Shown here in pieces: positions 41,214-50,303 of a DNA stretch of 64,000 nucleotides. Both the position numbers and the translations under genes were made by a program. The DNA is taken from positions 32,001 through 96,000 of IMG/VR virus record IMGVR_UViG_3300005731_000013; one strand, written 5' to 3'. The first letter of the stretch is position 1; each line of letters opens with the position of its first letter. Source of the DNA: a virus. The notes under the pieces are model-generated. The model was given only the letters and a program-made list of their open reading frames with translations. It was not told the DNA's origin and searched no databases.

Positions 41214-43544
41214 TTAGTTGTTCTCGATGGCATCGATTTGACGGCGTGCTAATCTGTTGTTTTCTTCAACTGCATCTGCCATTCTTTTTAATTGTTCATT
41301 ACTAAATCGCCATGCAACACTGTTGTCAATTTGCCCATTAGGAACAATCGATCCGTCAGTTTTGACTGTTGCGTCTTGATTTTTAATTAATGTTGATGGG
41401 ACTGAATGGTAGTCTGAGGATAATTTAGGATCAAACCCTGGAACCGTTGATTTGACTGAATTTTGACTGCCAATATAATTTGTCCAACCAGCAACTTCTG
41501 GTGTTGTGGCCCATTCTTTAAATGCAGCACTCATATCAACATTATTATCCCACCCAGGTCCGACACCTAATGTGCTAGCTGCACCTGTCAATACATTCCA
41601 CCCAAAATCACCTATATCAGCGGCAGATTCAAAAATACCTAATGATGCTCTATCAAACCAATTATACCCAGCTTTTTTGTAATCATCATCTATTACACCA
41701 GATGCGCCTGCAATACCAGTCCCAATATATGGTATTTTTTTCAACATTGGTGCCAATTTGCTCATCCAACCTACGCCTTTACTTGCACTAGTTACTGCAC
41801 CAGCGCCACCGACGCCTGCTAAACCAGCCCATAACGCATTTGCACCTGCAATCATTGCAATAGTAAACGGACTTGTTGATGCAAATAACAATCCTGCTCC
41901 TACTACCATTTCATCAACTAATGATCCATTGCCTGAATCTGTAAATATGCCTACCAAATCTTTGAAACCATCAACAAGAATTTTTAATCCATCTCCAAAT
42001 TCTGAAATTCCAGACTGCATAGAATTGAAATTATCATCATTTAAAACATCTTCAAGCTTACCAAAACCAAAACCTTCAAGTAATGATGCCATGAATGAAT
42101 TTTGTAAAATTTGTATACGATCTCTGATCATAAGCAATTGTTGTTCAGATTCTGCCATAGTAGCAGTAAACGCCGCATCTTGTTCTTTATTACTTTTATT
42201 AAGAAAATTGGTTGCGGCTTGGCCAGCGCCCACAATACTTTTAAGCAGATCACCCACTGGGTTATCTTGTTGGTAATAAGCCAAATCAATAATATCGGCA
42301 TTTTGAATCAAATCACCTGCTTGTCGCGCAAAATCTAATTGAATTGATTTCATTGCTGATGGATTATTAGCATTTTGCATAAAATTATTCGCAGCCGTTT
42401 CAAATAATTCATGTAATCCGGGGACTTGTTGCAATGCAGCCAACTGATCTGAAGACAGCATTTCCATTCCGCCCCTGAATTGACTTGTAACCATAGATGT
42501 GAATATAGATGCAAATTCATCACTACTATTGCCAAATACTGCACTCATATTCTGCATTATACTATCAAAACTAACTGTTGCATTTGGGCCTAATTTTGCC
42601 AAATCTGCCAATATCAATGCAGAATCATCACGCATTGAAAGGTTATTGCGCATTATTTCTCTGCGTTCTTTACCCGTTAATTTAGCATAAGCTAACACTT
42701 CTTGATTCAACAATTTAAAACTATCTTTAGCAGAATTAATTGCAACACTTTCGACAAAACCTTGGCGTCGCAAAAGATCAATCCGCTCAGCAGTCAATCC
42801 TGCAATTTCTTCAGTAGTCATACCAAATAACCCAAAATCACGAGTAGATGCTTTAATTGATTTGATAAGATTAATAAATGCATTGGCACTAGATGCGCTA
42901 TTGCCGCCTAATGAATTAACTGCTTCACCATTGTTCACAATGATATCACTTAATTGTTTCATATTCATGCCTAGACCAGCAACATTACCTCGAGTGTTGA
43001 CTAATTCTTGACTAAAACTGAAACCTGTTTGTAATGCCGAAGTTTGAAATTCTGCAAACTGATCAATGACTCCAGCCGCCACACCAAATGCTGTTCCAAT
43101 CGCACCTGCGCCGCCCGCAACTTTGAAAAATGCGTCATTAGTCCCTTTCAATGAACCATCTAATTTATCAAATTCATTTATAGTGGTGTCAACTTTGCCA
43201 ACTAACCCTTTGAATCCTTTACCCGCTAAATCAGATGTGTCTCGCAATAATGCAACCGCTTCAGATGCATTTTCATTTGCTAATATTAGATCAGTCTCAG
43301 ATTTAATTCTTGCCTTAATAGATGTTTTGCTATTGTTAACCCATCCATTAAGGGCTTTGAAGGCTTTACTTGATGCCTCTACTTGCTTTATGTGTTCATC
43401 ATTTGAAGATTTCTTTGGCGTGTTATTTGACTTGCCATACTTCTTTTGTAACACTGACAGAATTTCTTCCATAGTGTCTTCAGTTGCCCAATTGCCAGAT
43501 ATAACACTACCATCAGGTAATTTAATTTCAGAATCTTTTGCCAT
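41214..43544 (-). CDS. Probable tape measure / hub protein
   Basis: 776 aa, Ala/Gly-rich helical protein with hydrophobic segments; divergent from the gp26-like gene. Confidence 0.6.
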   Translation of the reverse strand: MAKDSEIKLPDGSVISGNWATEDTMEEILSVLQKKYGKSNNTPKKSSNDEHIKQVEASSKAFKALNGWVNNSKTSIKARIKSETDLILANENASEAVALLRDTSDLAGKGFKGLVGKVDTTINEFDKLDGSLKGTNDAFFKVAGGAGAIGTAFGVAAGVIDQFAEFQTSALQTGFSFSQELVNTRGNVAGLGMNMKQLSDIIVNNGEAVNSLGGNSASSANAFINLIKSIKASTRDFGLFGMTTEEIAGLTAERIDLLRRQGFVESVAINSAKDSFKLLNQEVLAYAKLTGKERREIMRNNLSMRDDSALILADLAKLGPNATVSFDSIMQNMSAVFGNSSDEFASIFTSMVTSQFRGGMEMLSSDQLAALQQVPGLHELFETAANNFMQNANNPSAMKSIQLDFARQAGDLIQNADIIDLAYYQQDNPVGDLLKSIVGAGQAATNFLNKSNKEQDAAFTATMAESEQQLLMIRDRIQILQNSFMASLLEGFGFGKLEDVLNDDNFNSMQSGISEFGDGLKILVDGFKDLVGIFTDSGNGSLVDEMVVGAGLLFASTSPFTIAMIAGANALWAGLAGVGGAGAVTSASKGVGWMSKLAPMLKKIPYIGTGIAGASGVIDDDYKKAGYNWFDRASLGIFESAADIGDFGWNVLTGAASTLGVGPGWDNNVDMSAAFKEWATTPEVAGWTNYIGSQNSVKSTVPGFDPKLSSDYHSVPSTLIKNQDATVKTDGSIVPNGQIDNSVAWRFSNEQLKRMADAVEENNRLARRQIDAIENN

Positions 43545-43553
43545 TAACTACTA

Positions 43554-43610
43554 CTTTTATTTAGATAAATATTCGAAAGATGAATATAAAAATATTTATC
43601 TAAATAAAAG
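43554..43610. promoter_or_regulatory. Symmetric divergent late-promoter cassette (perfect 20-bp inverted repeat)
   Basis: cttttatttagataaatatt - 17 nt - aatatttatctaaataaaag; each arm holds TAAATA on both strands. Confidence 0.7.
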
Positions 43611-43619
43611 GATAGAAAA

Positions 43620-44462
43620 TTGGCTGAAAATCCACTTAAACAGTATTCTAAACGTCCAGGGACATTTGTATCATTGCCGTCAGACGGGAAATTTTATACT
43701 GTGCCACCTGAAATGTCAGCTGACGGAGAAATCGAGATCCGCCCAATGACTGCTAGTGATGAAATCAAACTAAAAAATCCTGATGGGCTAATGAATTCTG
43801 AATCATTGTTTCAAGTTATTGAACATATTGCTCCTGGAATCGCAAATGCAAAAGACATTCCTACTCCAGATTTAGATATTATTGTCATAGGGATGCGGTT
43901 AGCAACCTATGGTCAATTTATGGATGTGAATGTCACATGCAAAAATTGTTCTCATACCGAAAACTATCAAATCAATTTGTCAAATGTATTGGCAAGTGCA
44001 GGAAAAATTACTGCGCCTGATAAAGTTAATGTAGGGGGGTTGGTTGTATCGATTCGTCCACATACGACAGAATCAAATACCATGTATTCAAATTATCAAG
44101 TTGAACTATTACGCGCTGCTAGAATGGTTGAAACTAATGTAATGGAAAATAAAGAACCTCTTAATAAACAATTGGCCGAAATTATGGCGAAAGGATCACA
44201 AATTTTATATGAAATTGCAATGAATCATGTCACATCTGTAATGATGCCTGATGGCAATAGTATAACTGATAAATCATTGATTAAAGAATGGTTAGCTGAT
44301 TTAGCTGCGCCTGACTATCAGTTGGTCCGTGACGCAGTTAATGCATTGAGCAAAGAACAGATTGACCGTAATGTGTCATTCCATTGTACTCAATGTGAGA
44401 CTGAAAATAAGGTCGAAGTATCATTTGATCCTGCAAATTTTTTCGGAGCCAGCTCGCTTTAA
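43620..44462 (+). CDS. gp26: Baseplate hub / tail assembly chaperone gp26-like
   Basis: NPL..Y..RP...LPS.G..Y, RPMT..DE, R.ATYG, two CxxC pairs; TTG start. Confidence 0.75.
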   Translation: MAENPLKQYSKRPGTFVSLPSDGKFYTVPPEMSADGEIEIRPMTASDEIKLKNPDGLMNSESLFQVIEHIAPGIANAKDIPTPDLDIIVIGMRLATYGQFMDVNVTCKNCSHTENYQINLSNVLASAGKITAPDKVNVGGLVVSIRPHTTESNTMYSNYQVELLRAARMVETNVMENKEPLNKQLAEIMAKGSQILYEIAMNHVTSVMMPDGNSITDKSLIKEWLADLAAPDYQLVRDAVNALSKEQIDRNVSFHCTQCETENKVEVSFDPANFFGASSL

Positions 44463-44710
44463 CAACAAGTTATAATGAGGTCCAAGAGCTGGTTCAAAAA
44501 TATGAGACGCAAACAGATTTGTTCATTAAAGATTTAATGCGTATCAGTGTATTAGGACCTGTGCCATACGAAGATGTAGTCAATATGACACCAAAAGAAC
44601 GAAAAATATTATCAGATGTATTACAAGAACGAGCAGATGCACAGAACCCAAACAAAAAGACACAACAGCTAGAACCAGGTGTTGTGTCAGGACCAGTACG
44701 GAATTTATAA
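44441..44710 (+). CDS. gp51/gpT-like C-terminal extension, probably reached by -1 frameshift
   Basis: -1 frame open from 44429 through slippery TTTTTTC (44438-44444); YEDVVNMTPKERKIL motif. Confidence 0.6.
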   Translation, partial: FRSQLALTTSYNEVQELVQKYETQTDLFIKDLMRISVLGPVPYEDVVNMTPKERKILSDVLQERADAQNPNKKTQQLEPGVVSGPVRNL

Positions 44711-44759
44711 GAAGTTTAATAGATCATTCAGGCAGAACTTCGTCAACCGTATAATATTT

Positions 44760-45380
44760 TATCTTGTTTACAATGATGCTTCGCATCATTGGCTGATTGA
44801 TAAATCGACTTTCATTCACTTCGTTCATTCAAGTCATTTATCTTCAGCTTTTTTAAAGATATCGAAATATATTTTATTATGATTAATTTTTCGAATATAT
44901 ATGATAATCATATATCATTTTCCAGAACTAATAACCACACTTTGCCTAGATCAGGCAAAGTGTGGTCAAAGATTCAGAGTTATTTTCCGTCACCAACTCA
45001 GCAAGCTGAGCCACTCTGTAATAAAACAACCTTATATAGCCAGGTAAGGGCGGTTGAGCGATACCCTTTTATGTTTAGCTTTATCAACGCGGGAACATAT
45101 AACAATATTACAGCTTTGTTATACTACCTCTAGGATCCTAGCGTGTGAGGAGAGCCTAGTCATTTTTGATTTGTCAAATCAATGCATTTAGACTGCGGCG
45201 CGCCAGATCTGTCAATATAAGAATATCTTATATAAACTCAAGACGGGTCAAACCAGTGTTGCCGCTATAGCAGGGTTCTGTGGAAGGGTTCTGTATTAGC
45301 ATGTGTTAGCTGCTAGGAAATCTTCATATTATACACATAAGACTTAAATGTGTTTGAATATCATAGTTAAACGATAATAT
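44760..45380 (-). ncRNA. Candidate large structured non-coding RNA (alternatively an origin region)
   Basis: No credible ORF over about 700 bp; many hairpins; sigma70 promoter TTGACT-N17-TAAACT at 45387-45415. Confidence 0.5.
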
Positions 45381-45386
45381 TTTACC

Positions 45387-45415
45387 AGTTTAACAACATT
45401 TGTATTATTAGTCAA
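45387..45415 (-). promoter_or_regulatory. Sigma70-type promoter firing into the non-coding region
   Basis: TTGACT-N17-TAAACT with extended TG. Confidence 0.6.
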
Positions 45416-45427
45416 CAGAAAAATACA

Positions 45428-45856
45428 TTATTTCTTTGGTATTGTGACATCTTTGACATGATTTCGATGAATCTTACCACCTATAAAACTGTTATGATAA
45501 TCTGAACGCAATAATACATCTCTTATGATTTGCTCACGTAGCTCTATATATGACATTTCGCCTTTGCTGTTACACAAATGTAAAATTTCACGAATATAAT
45601 TATCGCCACCATTTGTTTCAACTAATAATTTTAATTCTTCAGAAGAACCGTAATATGATTTCCAATCGGATTCTTTAATTACGGTTCTTTTGCGTTTTTT
45701 GCCTTTTAACGGAGGAATTTTACGAGTTGACCAAAATAATTTTTTACCGATATATTTCATACCCGTAGTTTTTTCAGTAATCAAATAAACAAAACCAACC
45801 CAATTTGAAAGTTCATCCATAGAAGGCTTAAATTCTTCACCATTGTATATCCACAT
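45428..45856 (-). CDS. Minimal GIY-YIG nuclease-domain protein
   Basis: GFVYLIT...KYIGKK, YYGSS, REIL, E...Q, YHN; no C-terminal DNA-binding module. Confidence 0.8.
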   Translation of the reverse strand: MWIYNGEEFKPSMDELSNWVGFVYLITEKTTGMKYIGKKLFWSTRKIPPLKGKKRKRTVIKESDWKSYYGSSEELKLLVETNGGDNYIREILHLCNSKGEMSYIELREQIIRDVLLRSDYHNSFIGGKIHRNHVKDVTIPKK

Positions 45857-45888
45857 GCACCTATTTATATGGTATACAATTATGTTTA

Positions 45889-46137
45889 TCAGATGTTGTT
45901 ATTGATTCTATCTGCCAAGATAATACTAATATTTTCTGAATCTACAACTTCATTTGAGCTTTCTTTATTATGGTCATTTTCTGGCGTTAGATACTTGCGA
46001 TACAATGTATCATTAATAAAATCATTATAATATTTTTGATAGGCACTAGTTCTAGCATCAGTATCATTATACTTCCAATCATAACCCTCCCCTCTCCAAA
46101 TATTAGAACTAGTAATTATATTGCTATTGTTTTCCAT
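45889..46137 (-). CDS. Hypothetical protein
   Basis: 82-aa ORF, SD AAGGA. Confidence 0.5.
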   Translation of the reverse strand: MENNSNIITSSNIWRGEGYDWKYNDTDARTSAYQKYYNDFINDTLYRKYLTPENDHNKESSNEVVDSENISIILADRINNNI

Positions 46138-46152
46138 TTTATATTCCTTTAA

Positions 46153-48720
46153 TTATTCAGTATTACTTATTTCAAATGATGTAAACCCATTTTCTTTTAC
46201 AACATTCAAAATTTTATGAATTCTCCCAACAAGTTCTTCTCTGTGTGAAATTAGGAAAATATTCTTATTACGCTCTCGATTCATTTTCTTCAAAACCAAA
46301 AGCGCACTTTCTACACCGTTTTGGTCTAAACCACTATCAATAAGTTCATCAATAGCCATAAAGTCAATAGGCATATTTGTACATTCATGAACATCACGGA
46401 ACGCCCAACTTAGTCCAAGAATGAGTCGATTGCGCTCACCTCTACTTAGATTGTCAAAATCCAAATCACGTCCTAATTCAGTAATTTCTACTGACAGGTC
46501 ACTTTGGAAGATAACCTCATGTGGCAGACCTAATTTAGTTAGATAATAATTCAATCTCAAATTCAAATATTGTAAATTTTGTTCAATAATGCGTTTACGA
46601 ACAAAGCTATCTTTGTTGGTCAACAATTTCAGCAAGAAATCTTGGTGCTCGCGCAAATTGTGCAACTCATTCATTGTTTCCCAGTCAATTTCTTGAATCC
46701 CACTCTGCTCCAAAATTTCAATTTGATCGCAATATGGATCTTCAGCATTCATTGTTGATTCTAATTGGTTTTGTAATGATGTCAATTGACTTTGTTGTTC
46801 ATATGCTTCTTGTGCAGTAGCATATTTTGTGACAGGAATTGAAGGCTGAATTACGATGTTATCTAATTTAGAAGATAATTCAACAGTTGCTTCATTATAT
46901 TGGCTAATCAAATTATCAAAATCAGCAACAGCCGCGGCCTTTGTTTGCATGATTTGTTCATGTTGCTCATCATGAATATCTTGGCCGCAAGCGTAACATG
47001 TATGCTCTTTAGCAGCATTTAGATCATTCAATGCCTTTTCTTTAAGGCGTGATTCTCGTTGAATACTTGCTTCTAACGTAGCAATTTCTTTTTTAATTTC
47101 CGCACTTTCAGCATGTTTACGATTATATTCTTCTAAATCGATATGTTGTTGTAGCTCATGTTCTAAATCAAGTTTTGACAGGAAATCAATTGATTTAGTC
47201 AATAATTCGATTTCTTCGTTATTCTTATTAGCCCATACCCGCTGTCTTCGTTTTAAATCTGAAATGCTTTTTTCAATTTGCTCATTAGCATTTTTGATAC
47301 CATTAATACGAAATTCTTCTTCTTTGATTTTATCTTTTGTGTTTTTCAATAACTCTCGTAACACAACAGCTTTTTCACTTAGCATTGTTATGCCTAGCAA
47401 ATTCTCAATAATTTCCCGTTGATCATTTGCTCGTAATGCAAGAAATGGTTCATTATATGTGTTCAATGCAACCAAATGTTTGAACATTAAATGATTCATG
47501 CCTACTACTTTTTCAATTTCAAGTTGGGTTAATCTTGATTCGCCTTGTCCTTCATCAGTTTCTTCAACATTTACACCATCTACTAAAAATCGCAATACAT
47601 TAGGACTGCGCCCCCGTTCAATTCGATAATGGGTCTGATTTATATCAAATTCAACAGTCACCAACATACCTTTTGAATTTGTCTTGTTGATTAAATTATT
47701 CTTCTTAATATTACTAATAGCATTGCCATATAATGCATAGCTCAATGCATTTACCATAGTGGTGTTATGAGTTACAATAAAATCATCAGTAATATATAGA
47801 TGATCTGGATGATTGATCATGATACACTGTGCTTTATCTTTTCCAATGAATTTGATATCAGTGATTTTCAGACCATTTGTATTATCTGTATTGGTCAATC
47901 TATCCTTCAACGTTGGATCAGTTACAAGTGACTGCAAGTCATTATGTTTTATATATAGGTGATTGACGCCATCAACTTCATCTATATTTACAATCCCACC
48001 AACACTGCGAATCAAAAATTGCAAGTCATGTGCTAATAATTTATCATATGTAGAATAACGAAGAATCTTGCTATCACAAAACCCATTTACATCCATTAAA
48101 CCTTGAATCAATGCTTTCCGTTGTGACAATGATGCAAATTTATAAGGACCAATCAAATTATAGCCGATTGGCGAGGTTCTATAAACTAAATCATTATTTC
48201 CTAATAATACACCAGTTGAATATGGATCTGCAGGCAGGATAACGTGAAAAATATCATCTATTGGGTCCACCAAAGGAATAAACATTTCATTCTTGACATC
48301 AAGATTCATGATTTCAGTTGTAGACAATGTCATATATTCTGTAGGATCATCAAAAGAATTTGACTTAACATTCCATAAATGATCTCCACAAGCATGAGTT
48401 TTTCGTCCATCCTCAAATGTTAATTCATAAATGTCAACCATACCTTGAGGAAAAATACCAATTACAGATGCATTTTTGCCATCCGGAGTAGATACTACAT
48501 CATGAAGTTTGATATCACCCATGGTCGTCCAACCCTTAGGTGTGTGAATCTTGCTATATAGCGGTTGTGCTTTGCCTACACCATTTCTTGACCCATCACC
48601 TCCAAGATCCAGGTTATTACCTAATACAAGTGTCAATCCTGAGTCTTCAAAATTAATTGCTTGGGTGATGTTGCCAACACTCAAAAAGTTTTTAATTGTT
48701 ACATTTTTGATTTTGATCAT
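46153..48720 (-). CDS. gp46: Recombination exonuclease subunit gp46 (Rad50/SbcC) containing an intein
   Basis: KNFLSVGN, Walker A NGVGK|T interrupted, Zn hook CYACGQ, LSRGE signature, IDELID, ISH. Confidence 0.93.
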   Translation of the reverse strand: MIKIKNVTIKNFLSVGNITQAINFEDSGLTLVLGNNLDLGGDGSRNGVGKAQPLYSKIHTPKGWTTMGDIKLHDVVSTPDGKNASVIGIFPQGMVDIYELTFEDGRKTHACGDHLWNVKSNSFDDPTEYMTLSTTEIMNLDVKNEMFIPLVDPIDDIFHVILPADPYSTGVLLGNNDLVYRTSPIGYNLIGPYKFASLSQRKALIQGLMDVNGFCDSKILRYSTYDKLLAHDLQFLIRSVGGIVNIDEVDGVNHLYIKHNDLQSLVTDPTLKDRLTNTDNTNGLKITDIKFIGKDKAQCIMINHPDHLYITDDFIVTHNTTMVNALSYALYGNAISNIKKNNLINKTNSKGMLVTVEFDINQTHYRIERGRSPNVLRFLVDGVNVEETDEGQGESRLTQLEIEKVVGMNHLMFKHLVALNTYNEPFLALRANDQREIIENLLGITMLSEKAVVLRELLKNTKDKIKEEEFRINGIKNANEQIEKSISDLKRRQRVWANKNNEEIELLTKSIDFLSKLDLEHELQQHIDLEEYNRKHAESAEIKKEIATLEASIQRESRLKEKALNDLNAAKEHTCYACGQDIHDEQHEQIMQTKAAAVADFDNLISQYNEATVELSSKLDNIVIQPSIPVTKYATAQEAYEQQSQLTSLQNQLESTMNAEDPYCDQIEILEQSGIQEIDWETMNELHNLREHQDFLLKLLTNKDSFVRKRIIEQNLQYLNLRLNYYLTKLGLPHEVIFQSDLSVEITELGRDLDFDNLSRGERNRLILGLSWAFRDVHECTNMPIDFMAIDELIDSGLDQNGVESALLVLKKMNRERNKNIFLISHREELVGRIHKILNVVKENGFTSFEISNTE
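47764..48570 (-). mobile_element. Cis intein (269 aa), Ala1 class-3 type, with degenerate LAGLIDADG domain
   Basis: AQPLYSKIHTP...DHLW...GLMDVNG...AQCIMI...YITDDFIVTHN followed by Thr+1. Confidence 0.88.
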
Positions 48721-50269
48721 TAGTCCAGTTCCATTCAGTTTTTCCTGAATCCCATATTCTTAGAATGCCTGCATTGTCCATCATTTCTTTTTCAGTTAAA
48801 ATACAGTTATAATGTTCAGGTAATTTTAGTTTTATTTGTTGTTTTGTGAAATGGCTGCAATGTTTTAATTCACCATTAAATAGATATTGATATGACGGAG
48901 GAAGAGTCTTGCCTTTTGTGAATTTACATTGAGAATACACATCTCCAGTAAACCAATCATTCATTGAAAAGCTTACAACATTGTTAAATTTGAGTTCTTT
49001 TTGCGCATGAGCAAATGTTTTGCTGAATAACCCTGGGTGTGTTTTGTTATCAGTTGCCCAACGTTTGAGTTCAAATCTCCTAGATTGTCTTGACCCTCTT
49101 GTCCAGCCAAATGTCATAACTCCGATTAAATTATTTTGCTTGTCATATGCACCCCAATAACTTGTGCTTATAACAAAGCTTTGTAAATGATATTTATTTA
49201 AAAACTTCCTGGCACTTTTGGCGTCAATTTTAGAAATATAACATTGACGCGCCCCTATACCTTTTTGCTTGATATGCACATGTGTTTTGATTAATTCAAT
49301 AATTTTTTCTTTTTGTGTATGCCAAGTTGATTCAGAAATTTGTAATAACGTTATATTTTGATCTTTACATTTTTGCCATTTGTTATAATGATAATCTTTA
49401 GATTTGAACAAATCACTATGCCAATAATCGCCATTACATTCAATAGCTAAATTATAATCAGGTAAGTAAAAATCTAACTCTTGGGGATGAATAATATTGC
49501 GGTCATTGAACACAATATTAGTCAAATTTAAATTATCCAATACTGCTTTAATTTCTGTTTCAAAATTGCTACAATAAAATTTAAAATCTATGTCGTATTT
49601 TTTAATATGATTATATACAGTATATTGATCAACACCTAGTTTTTTAGCAACATTCAAAACTGAATTATGTTTAAGTAATTCAGTTAATTGTGATTCATCT
49701 AATAGGATTTGTTTTGCGAGGTCAGATATATGTTGCTGACTTGGATGACCATTATATCTTGCATGATTGGATTGTAATGTTTTTTGTTTGATAATATCTG
49801 CTTGGGCAGGATTTAATACACCATATTTTTCTAAAGTTGTTTGCTGTGCTTTATATTTTAAAGAATCTGATTGCATAGCATATTCTACATCATGTCGGTC
49901 CAACATTGTAGATTTGAATTTAGATTTTAACAATTCAGATTGTAATGCATGTTCATGGCCATAACGTTCAGTCATTGTAAATTTGAATTTAGATTTTAAC
50001 AATTCAGATTGTAATGCATGTTTATGACCATAACGTTCAATCATAGTGTTATTTTTTGCAGTTTTAAATGATTCACTATTTGCACGACATTTTGCAGAAC
50101 AAAATGATGCGTAGTTTTTTCTCTGCCATTTTACAATATTATTGCATTCAATACAAGTAGGAATATGTGCGATATCATTTATTAAATGCCAAACAATTTG
50201 ACGAGCATTAGTTGAATTAACAATATTATCATCCAAGGCTGAATAATCAATATCAGATAAATCTGACAT
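48692..50269 (-). mobile_element. Hef/Vsr-like endonuclease-GNAT, copy 6
   Basis: FCSAKC, ERYG repeats, ELDFYLPDYNLAIECNGDYWHS, WDSGK; overlaps the gp46 start. Confidence 0.85.
49904..50041. repeat. 69-bp tandem duplication inside endonuclease copy 6
   Basis: Two units about 65/69 identical, encoding ERYGH(K/E)HALQSELLKSKFK(F/S)TM. Confidence 0.9.
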
Positions 50270-50303
50270 TGTTAACCGACTCTTATCCCACAACTTGTTT
50301 AAA

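Noticed and set aside
44679-45133. Plus-strand ORFs 44679..44882 and 44879..45133
   Set aside because: No SD, atypical composition, and they overlap the hairpin-rich region; probably spurious.
45265-45300. RNase P RNA (ACAGAACCC occurs twice on the minus strand)
   Set aside because: No GAGGAAAGUCC partner motif, and the motif lies near the 5' end rather than the 3' end of the putative transcript.
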